Below are positions 1 to 10,625 of a stretch of 64,000 bases of DNA, one piece after another (the first letter of the stretch is position 1; each line of letters starts with the position of its first letter). The stretch covers positions 1-64,000 of the forward strand of contig NW_013657651.1 in assembly GCF_000142905.1 (NCBI RefSeq), in the 5' to 3' direction. This stretch comes from Thecamonas trahens ATCC 50062. Its lineage: Eukaryota; Protista; Apusomonadida. The notes beneath the pieces were generated by a model, which worked only from the letters and a program-made list of their open reading frames with translations, made no database searches and was not told the DNA's origin. Both the position numbers and the translations under genes were made by a program.

Positions 1-1291
1 TCGCTCGCCCGCCCGCTCAACCACTCACAGCCAAGCCAGATCAAGCCAGATCAAGCTCAGCACGACCTGTTGCTGGCTATACAGGGGGAGTGGCTGGTGT
101 GGTCACAGGGAATGGAGGTGAGGGTGTGTAGATGGCTGGATTGAGATGAGTGTGGTGGCTGCCGCTGGGCGCTCCAGCTGTGGCCGAGGCCGAGGCGAGC
201 AGCGAGTGATCGAGTGACGGCCAGCCGCTCGTCGCTCAGCCACTCGCCGGTATGGGCGCCGTGCTGCTGCTGTGGCAGGAGAAGAGGAAGCCCAACCCCG
301 AGGCGGCGATGACCAGGTTGGTGATTATGCTGATCCTGATGCTCATGGGGATGGGGATGGGGGATGGCGATGGCTGGCGATAGGAGTGATGGTTGAGGCG
401 GCAGCGTTCATGGTTGCGATCGCGGACGACGAGCTGAGGCGGTTACTGTGGCTGACGCCGAGGCTGCGACTGCTGGGGAGAGAGAGGGAGGATGCGAGGG
501 ATGTGACGAGGGAGACGGATAAATGATCCATGCATAGCGAGCAAGCCAGCTGCTGCGTATCACCATCGGCGCCGGATCGCTGCCGGGCGGGCCCAGTGGG
601 CGACAGCCCAAACGAGCGAGCACACAACCCAAGTTCGAGGCCGAGGTCGAGGATGAGAGCGCAAGATCGAGATCAGAAGGACGAGCAGAAGCGGAATAGC
701 GAGTACAATGACGCAGACACTGTTGGTCTGATGCACATGAATGTCATCGTCGTCGTCATCGCCATCACCATCACCTCCGCTGCCCGCCGCCAGCCCAGCC
801 CACCCACTCGCCTTCACCGACATCGACACCAACTGACGATGGCACACCCATGGCCACTTCCTAGCCTGTTCCTACTCACTCTCCCGTCTACCCTCCACCC
901 TCTCGCACCGCAGCCTACAACTGCCCCCTCCACCAATCCCAAGCCCTCGTCTCCATCGACACCCCTCCTGCCAACTGCGCCGCTGATCATGACTGGGCCC
1001 AAGTCCGACTGGCCGAGAACAAGCCACTCCTCCTCTCACTCTCCTCCCCAACCACATCCTCATCCACGCCTCCCCTCAACCCCTCCACCAACACCCATCG
1101 GCCTACCCATGCCTCAATCCCGACGACGACGGGCACGGTGACTTGGACGACCCGACAGCAATCGCATCAGCATGACCAGCAGCATTAGCAACACCACCTC
1201 TACCACACCCAACACAACCCAAACACAAATAAACAAGATCACAGCCACCGCCATCGTCCCCATCCCCGCCATGACTCTTGCCCCTCGTCAT

Positions 1292-3769
1292 TTACTGCCC
1301 ATCCTCCTCCACCTTCACAAGCCCTCCCCTGATAAAGTACTCGGTCACCATCCGCCGCCGCTCTCTCACCTCGCTCAGCACGCCAAGGATCGAATTCCAC
1401 GACTTGCCTTCCTCCACATGCATACGCAGCACCTCCTCCCTGCTCGGCATCCGGATCGCCTCCAGGAACTTGCGCCGCTTCCACTCGCGGTACTCGCCAG
1501 ACGACATCCCACTGCTGGATTCCGAGCTCGAGCCGCTGCTCCCCGCATCGCTCACGACCCCAATCACACACGACGATTCCCCGTCATCGCCGCTGTCCGA
1601 CACCATCGGCAGCACCTTCCTCCGTCGCCGCGCTCGCTTCCGCGCGATCCCCTCCACCACGCCCACGTCCTCCGCATTCCCCACCATCTCATCCACGCTC
1701 CACCAGCCAGCTCCAATCACAGCCTTGCTGTCGGCGTCAAACACCACCCACCGGCGGATCACTCCGCGCAGCAAATCCTCCATCACCCCGGCCTCCACGT
1801 CCACTGCAAGCGCAAGCCCAGGCCGCAGCACGCCTGCCACACGCGCCATCTCCTCACGTGTCGGCTTCCACGCCACTCCAGCCCCGACATCTTGCGCCGC
1901 CAGCCTTAGCTTCGCCCGCTGCTCCTGGATCGCCAAGTGCGCCACCCACTGCGCCTCGCGCCGCGTCATCCACCCGGAGAACAGCGACTTCTTTGCCTTG
2001 CCAGACCCAAACTCCAACCTCACATGCAGCATTCCATTGCGCGTCGGGTGCTGGCCTGCTTTCCGGGCCACAACCGCCCTCACCATCTTCCTATCGACCA
2101 CAAACCCTCGCATCGCCAGGCTCCTACCTTCGGCCGCAGACACCACGCTCCGCTCAGACTTGGGCACTGCCCTCACCTCAGCTTTGCGTTCCATTCGCAC
2201 ACACGCCTCCCGCGGATCGACTTCCATCGGCCGGCCCAGATACCCGCTCGACGTCGCTATCTCTTCCGCCACCGCCAATCCGGTCGCCGCCTTCCGCCCC
2301 GCCAGCACATCCTCCACAATTCGATGCGCAGCAAGCGCAACCTCATCCTGCCGCAACCAATACGCCCCGTAGCCCTGACCGTCAGCCCTAAAATGATAAT
2401 ACACCGCGCTCGGATTCATCGGATGCCGTCCATACTCCTTAATCAACTTCGCGCTCAGCTTGGCTCCATCAACCTCAAACCCATCCAGCGTCACCCTGTT
2501 CCACTCACCAACAGGCCACCGATCTCCATGTCTGACCCCATACGACCACATCACCATAGCCCGTGACAGCCCCATCACCCGCGGATCGCCATCACACACC
2601 TCCACCCTCCCATCCAAGCCACTCGTCGTCGCTGTCCCTCGCTTCGTAGCCCGTTCCACCGCAGCAGCAGCGTACTCTGCCCGCTTGGCCTCCCGCTCAG
2701 CCTTGCTCAGCGCCAGCCACTCACGAATCGCCATGTGCGCCACCCACTCCGCCTCGTCAACCGTCAGCCATCCCGAGAACAGCTGCCGCGCCGCATTGCC
2801 ATATGCCACATCCAAGTGATAGTAGGCCATCATCTCGCGCACAGGATGCATGCCTCTATTTTTGACCACACTCACCATCACTTTCTTCCCATCGAGCAGG
2901 TAGCCCTGCGCAAACACACGCATCGCCCGTCCGTCCACAGCTTGCCGATCCTTGGCAGCCACCGTTCCTGCTTCCGCCTTACGTTTCGCCTGCTCTTGCA
3001 CATCCCGCGGATCCACAGCAGGTATCTCCCCCTCCCACCGACTTTCGCTCACTCGCGTGTCCACATCACCATCCAGTGGGCTCCCATTCAACACAGACTG
3101 GACGAGCAGATGCGCCACAACCTCCAGCTCGCGCACTGCATACCATCCAGAATGCAGCGACTTGCCTCCCGCTTTGAATTGCCAGTAGAACACATCCGTG
3201 AAATCAGGATGCATCCCCATATTCTTGTCAATCACGGCGCACATCGGCCTCCCCTCCACCAGATACTCGTCCAGCCGAGGCGCAAGCGACGCGACCCTTC
3301 CGGTACAGCCAGCCGATCCCGACGATGCACCGTCCTCCCCCTCTTCATCCGCACAGCTGCCTCCACTCGCGGATCTACGCTCCATGAGCCCTTGAACGGC
3401 GACACCGTCCGCTCATCCCCCTTCCTCCTTCTTCAGCTGCCGCAGCTCGTCCAGCGCGTCCACGCCGCCGGCCGCCAACACAGCCCCGACCGCCGCCACC
3501 TCGTCAACCGAGAACCACCCGGACAGCATCCTCTTCCCCTCAGCCGACGTAACCGCCCAGTTCAGTACTCCTTCCATCTCAGGATGCATCCCATACGCCT
3601 GATGTGGCGACGCCCGCAAGCCCTTCTCCAGCTTGACCGCCCTCGCGCCCACCACAGCCTTGCGCTTGCCCACACGCACCCTCCTCGCCACCTCCATCCG
3701 CCGCCTCTGGTCAGCCACAGCAGCGACGGCTGCTTTCTTTACAACACCACAAACGTTCATATGCGCCAT
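1292..3769 (-). CDS. Uncharacterised repeat-domain protein (~825 aa), 5-6 copies of a G[MRQ]HP...SGW..E domain; interrupted by two compensating frameshifts (possible pseudogene or assembly error)
   Basis: ORFs 3413..4396 (ATG at 3769, MAHMNVCG) and 1292..3385 share a frame and are separated by TGA at 3415-3413. Both carry the same repeat (YGMHPEM..SGWFSVDEV; MGMHPDF..SGWYAVREL; RGMHPVR..SGWLTVDEA; YGRHPMN..AYWLRQDEV; AGQHPTR..SGWMTRREA). The shifted frame over ~3417-3290 restores the conserved VDPR linker. Confidence 0.6.
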
Positions 3770-3948
3770 GGTTATCACAACCCTATTTGCTTCCACTTTG
3801 GAGTTGGGTGATAAAGGCCAGGGGCTCCAGCGTTGCGAGCGAATGCCCGCCCCGCACCCTGGCCCCTCACGCAACAACCCGACCCACTCGACCCCCCCCC
3901 CCCCACACACACACACACAGACACACACATACCCCTCACACACACACA

Positions 3949-5525
3949 ATGGGCTCGGAGCAGTCTGCCCTTGAAAAAGAGCTCCGCACCTTGTCGGACG
4001 TCGCCCATGTCGACCTCTCAGTCCGCGGACTCTCCGACCTTCCGCCAGCCGTCGACAAGCTCGAGGGCTGCCTCTGCCTCGACTTGAGCAAGAAGTATGT
4101 ATTCCTCTCTCTCCCCTCTTGGCCAGAGTGCTATCCATGTGCCCTTTACGTGACTCACGCCTCTTTAGCGAGCTAACCACGCTACCAGATGAGATAGGCG
4201 AACTGCACAACTGCCGGCGATTGCTGCTCGACAAGAACCAGCTGGTCGAGTTGCCTGATGCCATCGGCGGCCTCAAGCAGCTCACCGAGCTCTCGCTCGC
4301 CAAGAATAGAATGTTTCTCCTGCCTCTCACTGAGGCTCTCGCCGGATGCTCTTCCCTGACTGTGGTGGATCTCTCGCACAATGGGCTCGAGACCACGCCG
4401 GCTGTCCTCTTCTACCTGCCTGCGCTCACCACGCTCAAACTCCACCACAACGAGATCACTGCCGTCGATCCGCTTGTTGTGCAGAGTACCGCACTGGACG
4501 TCCTCGACATCTCGTTCAACAAATTGCGAGTCCTACCAGCTCTGCCGGCCTCTCTCACTGCTGTCTTTGCCCAGGAGAACGAGCTCATCAACGTTGAGGC
4601 GCTTGCCGACCTGCCCATGCTCGAGCGGCTCAACCTCGCGTCCAACGAGATCCAAGAGCTCCCAGACTCGTTCTTCTCCCGGCTGGCGGCACTCCAGCAC
4701 ATCATCCTGTCCAACAACCCGGGCCTGGTTGCGCTGCCAAGCCTCGCTGGCTGCGTCTCGCTCACCAATCTCACGCTCGAAGGCTGTGGCGTCAAGGCCA
4801 TGCCGCCGTCGCTGGCTGCATGTCGCAATCTGGAAGTACTGCGGCTGCGCGGCAATGCCGGCCTTGCCGCCAACTCTCTGGCGGTTGCTACTCTGGTTAA
4901 TCTAACCAAACTCTCGCTGTGTCAGATCGGGCTCACGCTCCTGCCCGACGGCCTCTCTGAGCTGTCCTCGCTCCACACTCTCGACCTCCGACGCAACAAG
5001 CTCATGGCGGACGTCATTGACAATCTAGGGCTGCCCAATCTCCACCGCTTGTATCTCTCGGGCAATCCGCTCGGCGTCGTGCCTGTCGGCCTCGAGCTTA
5101 TGCCGCTCACCGAGCTCGGTCTCTCGTCGACGCTACTCGACGACGCCACAGGCGTCGACGCCGTCACCTCGCTCACCTTTCTCAACCTTTCGTCCAACAA
5201 GCTCACCTTTTTGCCGGAGCACCTCGCCGACGTGGTCCAGCTCCGCAATCTCCAGCTGCAGGAGAACTACCTGGGTAGCTTGCCCAAGACCATCGGCGCT
5301 CTGACCAACCTCGAGCGCCTCGACGTCTCCGACAACGACATCCGGTCACTCCCGCCTGAGCTTGCGCACTGCAAGCGGCTGGTGTTTCTCGAAGCGCTCC
5401 GCGGAAACCCCATTATCTTTCCGCCGCGGCGTGTCATGGATGCCGGTCTCGAGGCCATCATGGAGACGCTGCGCAAGCGCCTCGGCTCGGGCGATGGCCC
5501 ACTTGTCATGGACGCGGCCAACTGA
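3949..5525 (+). CDS. Leucine-rich repeat protein with N-myristoylation motif; exons 3949-4094 and 4169-5525
   Basis: Many LxxLxLxxNxLxxLP repeats. Intron 4095-4168 (GTATGT...ACTCAC...TTTAG) joins AA+C to give LDLSKNELTTLP. Starts MGSEQS (MGxxxS). Confidence 0.85.
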
Positions 5526-5562
5526 TACAAGCTAAACTCCCTCGTCCTCCTCACTGCGTCGT

Positions 5563-8500
5563 TCACTTGCGGACAACCTCGTCATAGGCCCAGGCAACCC
5601 AGTCCATGAGCGCCTCGACGTCGGCGGTCTCCACGGTCGCACCGCACCAGATGCGGAGGCCGGGCGGGGCGTCGCGGTAGGCGCCGATGTCGTAGGCGAC
5701 GCGCTCCGAGGCGAGAAGGGCGACGACGGCCTTGACCTGCTCGGGCGTGGCGCCTTCGAGCTCGAGGCAGACCGAGGTCGACGAGCGGGTCGCAGCGTCC
5801 TTGGCGAGGAACGAGAGCCACGGGAAGCGATCGACGGCGCGCTCAACGGCGCGCAGGTTCGCCTGCGAGTTGGCAATCATGGCCGGGAGGCCGCCGATCG
5901 AGTCGGCCCAGCGGAGAGCGTCAAGGCAGTCCTCGACAGCGAGGAGCGACGGCGTGTTGATGACCTTGCCCTTGAAAATGTCGAGGTTGGCCGAGCCGTC
6001 GCCCTTGCGGAGGTTGAACACCTTGGGCACCGGCCACGACGCCGTCGTCGTGTTGAGCCGCTCCACCGCCGCCGGCGAGAGGATCATCGTGCCGTGCGCG
6101 GCCTCGCCGCCAAGCGCCTTTTGCCACGAGTACGTGGTGCAGTCAAGCTTGTCCCACGGCATGTCCATGGCAAAGACTGCCGAGGTCGCGTCACAGAGCG
6201 TGATGCCCTCTCGGTTGTCGGCGATGAATGGTGCGCCGTCGGGCACGCGCACGCCCGACGTCGTACCGTTGTAGGTAAAGACGAGGTCGTGCGCCGGACT
6301 CACACCCGACACGTCCGGGAACTCGCCGTACGCATCAACACCAAAGTTGCGGACATCGAGCTTGAGCTGCTGGACCGCGTCCTTGTACCACCCGGTCCCG
6401 AACGACTCGAAATGGACAATGTCGACCGGCCGCGAGCCGAGAAGGTTCCACATCGCAGCCTCAAACGCTCCAGTGTCCGAGCCAGGCATGACGCCGACGT
6501 GATACTCGTCGGGCACGCTCAGAATGCGCTTCGACTCGTTGGTGAGCTCATTGAGGAGCGCAAGGCCTTCCGAGGAACGGTGCGAGCGGCCAAGGATGCC
6601 CGTCGGGAGCTCGGCCACGTCGTAGCCCGGGCGCTTTGAGCACGGGCCGGAGCCAAACTTGGGGTTGTTCGGCCGGATGACCGGCTTGGACTCGTCGAGC
6701 CCGAGCGCGCCGCCAACCGATGACGAGAGCGCCGGCAGCTTTGCCGACCGCACCGCAATCATGCCGTCAAGCCCGGCAATCGAGTCGATGAGCTCGTCCG
6801 GAATCGACGAGTCGACAGAGACAACGCCGACCGCCGCGCCCGACGGCGAGCGGCCGAGCGCAAACGAGCCGACGTTGATGTTGGCCGTGCCGAGCAACGA
6901 CGTGATCGCGCCGATCACGCCGGGCTTGTCATCGTTGCGGAAGTACAGCACGTTGCCCTGCGGGAGCAGGTCGATGGCAAACTGGTCGAGGTTGACAATC
7001 CGCGGCTGTGGCGCCGCCGTCCCGCGCCCGGTCACAGTACCACTCACCGACCGCATCCCGTCGGCACCCTCAAACGTGATGGTCAGCTCGTTGCCGTGCA
7101 TCGTCGGCTTGTTCTCAAACAGCTCGTTGATGGAGAGACCAAACTCGGTCGCCATCGACGGTGCGTTGATAAAGTTAACAGGCTCCTCCACCATCGGCGT
7201 GAGCATGCCCTTGAGTGCCGCAGCCTTGAGCAGGCTCGACTTGCCCTTGAGCAGGTCGCCGCGAGTCGAGAGCGTCACCGACTTGAGCTTGTCGGCGCGG
7301 AGCTGGATGAGGAGCGAGCCCATTCGCTCAGCGAGCTCCACAAACGGCAGCAGATCCTTGTGCTGCATCAGCTCGGCAAGGATGCGCGAATTGACCACCC
7401 CACGGACCGCCCGGTCCTCAAACACGTCCACAATCTGCGACGCAATGTCGTGCGCCACCTTGTGCTGCGCCTCCTCCGTCGACGCGCCGAGATGCGGCGT
7501 GCAGATGCACCGCTCATGCTCGAGCAGCGGCTTAATCGCCTCTGGAGGCGGCTCAGACTCGTACACGTCGAGCGCTGCTCCGGCCACATGGCCCGAGTTG
7601 AGCGCGTCGAGCAGTGCAGCCTCGTCGACGATGCCGCCGCGCGCGCAGTTGACAATCCGCACTCCGGGCTTGCACTTGGAGAGCGTGTTTGCGTCCACAA
7701 GCGACCGCGTCTCCGCCGTCAGTGGCGTGTGGAGTGAGATAAAGTCGGCCTCGGCCCAGACTGCGTCGAGGTCGACAGCCTCGATCGCCTCGGCCGCAGC
7801 CGCGTCAGCCGACATGAGCGGGTCGTACCCGATCGTTCGCATGCCCATCGCCCGGCAGATGGCCGCCACCCGCCGACCAATCTGTCCAAGCCCGACAAGC
7901 CCGAGCGTCTTGCCCTCCAGCTCCGTCCCCATGTACTTCTTCCGCTCCCACTTGCCAGACTTAAGCGACGTCGTCGCGTTCGGGATGTCGCGCGAGAGCG
8001 CCATCAGCAGCGAGACCGTCAGCTCGGCTGCCGACGTTGTGTTGCCGCCGGGCGTGTTCATCACCATGATGCCGGACGCCGTCGCCGCGTCCACGTCGAT
8101 GTTGTCCACACCGGTTCCGGCCCGGCCCACCACACGGAGCTTGCCGGCGCCGGCCGCAAGCACCTCGGACGTCACCTGCGTCCCCGACCGCACCACCAGC
8201 GCGTCGTAGCTCTTGATTAGCTCCACAAGCTCGTCCGCAGGCACCTTGTCGCGCGCGTCAACCTCAAACCCGGCAGACTCAAACGTCGAGACGCAGATCG
8301 GATCGATCGGGTCCGAGATGAGAACCTTGCGAGCCGCAGCGAGCGCAGCCTGTTCTCCCCACCGCATCCACCGCTCTTTTGCCGGTGAGTATCAGCCAAA
8401 AACAATTTGGACACAAAAAAACTGTCTCGTACACTCTTGCAGCTGCTGCCTCTAAGATTGCGCGCTGCGCCACGTGGCGCGCCCGCCCACCCCGCCTAGT

Positions 8501-8640
8501 CCACGCTCTTTCCCACACTCGCACTCCACACACACACACACACACCGCCCGCTCCCCTTCAACATGCGTACAGCGCTTGAAAACGAGAAGCCGCCCGTAA
8601 AGCCCGGGAGGCCCAGTACAGTCCGCGTCAGTCGCAGCAT
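5563..8640 (-). CDS. Bifunctional D-3-phosphoglycerate dehydrogenase (SerA, with ASB/ACT domains) - phosphoserine aminotransferase (SerC) fusion, predicted mitochondrial; exons 8640-8572 and 8349-5563
   Basis: PGDH motifs GRAGTGVDNID, GLGQIG, NCARGG, TPHLGAST, plus ACT-type NDDKPGVIG. These are followed by PSAT motifs FGSGPCSKRPG, GRSHRS, DATSAVF, SWQKALGGE (PLP Lys), INTPS and GLRIWCG. Upstream exon MLRLTRTVLGLPGFTGGFSFSSA ends at a GTACGC donor (8571) with an in-phase CAG acceptor (8350). Confidence 0.92.
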
Positions 8641-9032
8641 TGGGTCGCTTGACGTGCAGTGAGCGGCACAAAGAAAAGTGGTGAAACGCTCGATCACTTG
8701 TAGTATCAATCAATGACAAACGAGCCTTCCGGGTGGCCAATCAATTTGGCTGCGCAACTCCCGCACTTGCGGACTCGGTGGTGGAGTCTACAGCCACCGC
8801 TGCAGCAAGTGGTGGAGCGTGACGCGTAGACAGCGTCTCGCCCGCCAGCTTTCCTTCCCCTAGTCATGGTCCGATCACTCTCAACAACCCTTCCACAACG
8901 CTCCTGCTCCAGCATGGGCTCGCCGCTGCGCAGGGCGGCGCGCAGACTCAGGGCAATCAACCGCCGTGACGTCACGGCGTGGGGCTACTGTTCGAATCGA
9001 AGGTTCTCCTTTACTCCCACTTGCTCGAGCCA

Positions 9033-10304
9033 TCAGTCGCGACGGCCGAGGATCTGCAGCAGCATCATAAAGACACCGCGGAGGTTGAGGAACATACCGA
9101 GCGCGTCGTCGATGTGGTCCTTGTGCCCGTCGCGGGCCGACTCAATCATGCGCTGCGTATCGTAGCCGATAAAGCCCGAAAAGGCAAGGAGGCCACCGTA
9201 GAGGTAGACATTGTTGAGGACGGCAAGCGTCGACGGCGCATAGTCGATGAAGAGCGTCGAGAGCTGGATGCCCACGATGGCGAGGAGCGAGCCCATGAGT
9301 GGGCCGCCGAGCGTGAGCATCGCCCGCCGTCGCGCCTTGAGCGCCATGAGCGAAAAGCCGCCGAAAATAGCGGTCGTGCCCATGAGCGCCGTCCCCACAA
9401 TCGTGGGGTCGACTGCCAGAAAGTGCCCAATAAGCGGCGCCGACGAGAGGCCCATCAGCACGCCGCCAGTTCCGAGCATCGCCGCCCGCAACGTCGGCGA
9501 CACGTCGCGCCCGCGGGTAAACGAGACGCCCAAGATCGGCACAAACGCCCCGAGCGCGTACACCATCGGCGACACACTACCAAGCGCAGTAAACATGCCA
9601 AGCATCGTCCCGCCCGCCGCCGCGCCCACCGTCGCTCCGAGGGTGGCGTACACCTTGACCAGGTACCGCCCCACGTCGTCGGTGATGGCATCCGCCTGCT
9701 GGCCGGTAAACACGTCGCGCTCCGAGTACTCGACCCGCTCGCCATACCGCCCATCGCCACGCTCCACATCCACCACCTCGCGCCGCCGCGTCTCGGTCTC
9801 CTCCTCCTCCCGCTGCCGCTCCAGCAGCCGGACCCGCGCCCGCTGCCGCCGCGCCGACGTCGCATACCCGCGCCACACGCTCGCCGCACCGCCGCGGTGG
9901 GCCACTACGTTGCCGGCCGCAACAGCAGCCATCAGCCCGGCTCCGCCTTGCCCGCTGCTCCGCGCAAACACGCTCCTCGCTCCTCCGCACGCCGTCCACT
10001 GGCTAGCCATCGCCGCGCACCCGCTCCCAGCGACAGCCTTCTCGTCCTCGGCCTCGTCGCTCCACTCGGCCCCGCCCATCTCGGCCGAGAGCAGCTCGAG
10101 CGACCGCGCCGTGTACGGCGGCATGGCGTCGTTTCCGGCCACGCCTCCAGGTGCCATGCTCCGGTTCGTGGCGCTGCCGGCCAGCATGCCCACGGTTGTG
10201 GTCAGACTCGTCGCCGTCCGGCGCGTCATGTTCGTCACCAACCCACTGCTCGCTGCCAGCATACCCATACCCGGCATCATCCCCAGCATCCTTGTCGAGA
10301 ACAT
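9033..10304 (-). CDS. Bax inhibitor-1 family membrane protein, GHITM/MICS1-like (start uncertain)
   Basis: YLVKVYATLG, IVGTALMGTTAIFGGFSL, LYGGLLAFSGFIGYDTQRMI, DHIDDALGMFLNL are BI-1 family signatures. The N-terminal extension contains a presequence-like RGYATS. Confidence 0.85.
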   Translation of the reverse strand: MFSTRMLGMMPGMGMLAASSGLVTNMTRRTATSLTTTVGMLAGSATNRSMAPGGVAGNDAMPPYTARSLELLSAEMGGAEWSDEAEDEKAVAGSGCAAMASQWTACGGARSVFARSSGQGGAGLMAAVAAGNVVAHRGGAASVWRGYATSARRQRARVRLLERQREEEETETRRREVVDVERGDGRYGERVEYSERDVFTGQQADAITDDVGRYLVKVYATLGATVGAAAGGTMLGMFTALGSVSPMVYALGAFVPILGVSFTRGRDVSPTLRAAMLGTGGVLMGLSSAPLIGHFLAVDPTIVGTALMGTTAIFGGFSLMALKARRRAMLTLGGPLMGSLLAIVGIQLSTLFIDYAPSTLAVLNNVYLYGGLLAFSGFIGYDTQRMIESARDGHKDHIDDALGMFLNLRGVFMMLLQILGRRD

Positions 10305-10625
10305 GCTTGCAAACTACTTGTTACCACCTGGCTCAACAACTCTTGCTCACTCGGTACACTCGCGGCTGTCGTCGTCGCAGTCGAGTGCTGGCTGTGGAGG
10401 AGCGGCGGGTCGGGTCGCACTCGGCTGCCCTGCCATCCCCTCGGTCAGCCAACGACTCAGTGACTCAGTCAACCTGCGAAACCACACACTGACAACGACG
10501 TGGTGCCATGTGAACAGCTCCGATGGCGTAAGGTGAACGCGAGCACGTGGCTGCAGCTCATTTACACACAGGTCACCGATGTGTTCGCACTGAACATCAG
10601 CGCAGCAGTCATGCGAGGAGATCTC

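Noticed and set aside
1-1291. ORFs 272..526, 530..1141 and the short TCAAGCCAGA repeat at ~32-57
   Set aside because: Low-complexity Pro/Ser/Thr translations with no motif. No terminal inverted repeat or LTR could be supported.
3413-3415. In-frame UGA as selenocysteine or stop readthrough joining two ORFs
   Set aside because: The in-frame continuation (ADGVAVQGLMERRSASGG...) lacks the conserved VDPR linker, whereas the shifted frame has it. Compensating frameshifts explain the data better.
6659-10536. Long antisense and alternate-frame ORFs (e.g. 6659..8209 +, 8979..10463 +, 9247..10536 +, and many similar across the window)
   Set aside because: Shadow ORFs expected from high GC3 codon bias opposite real genes, with no recognisable motifs.
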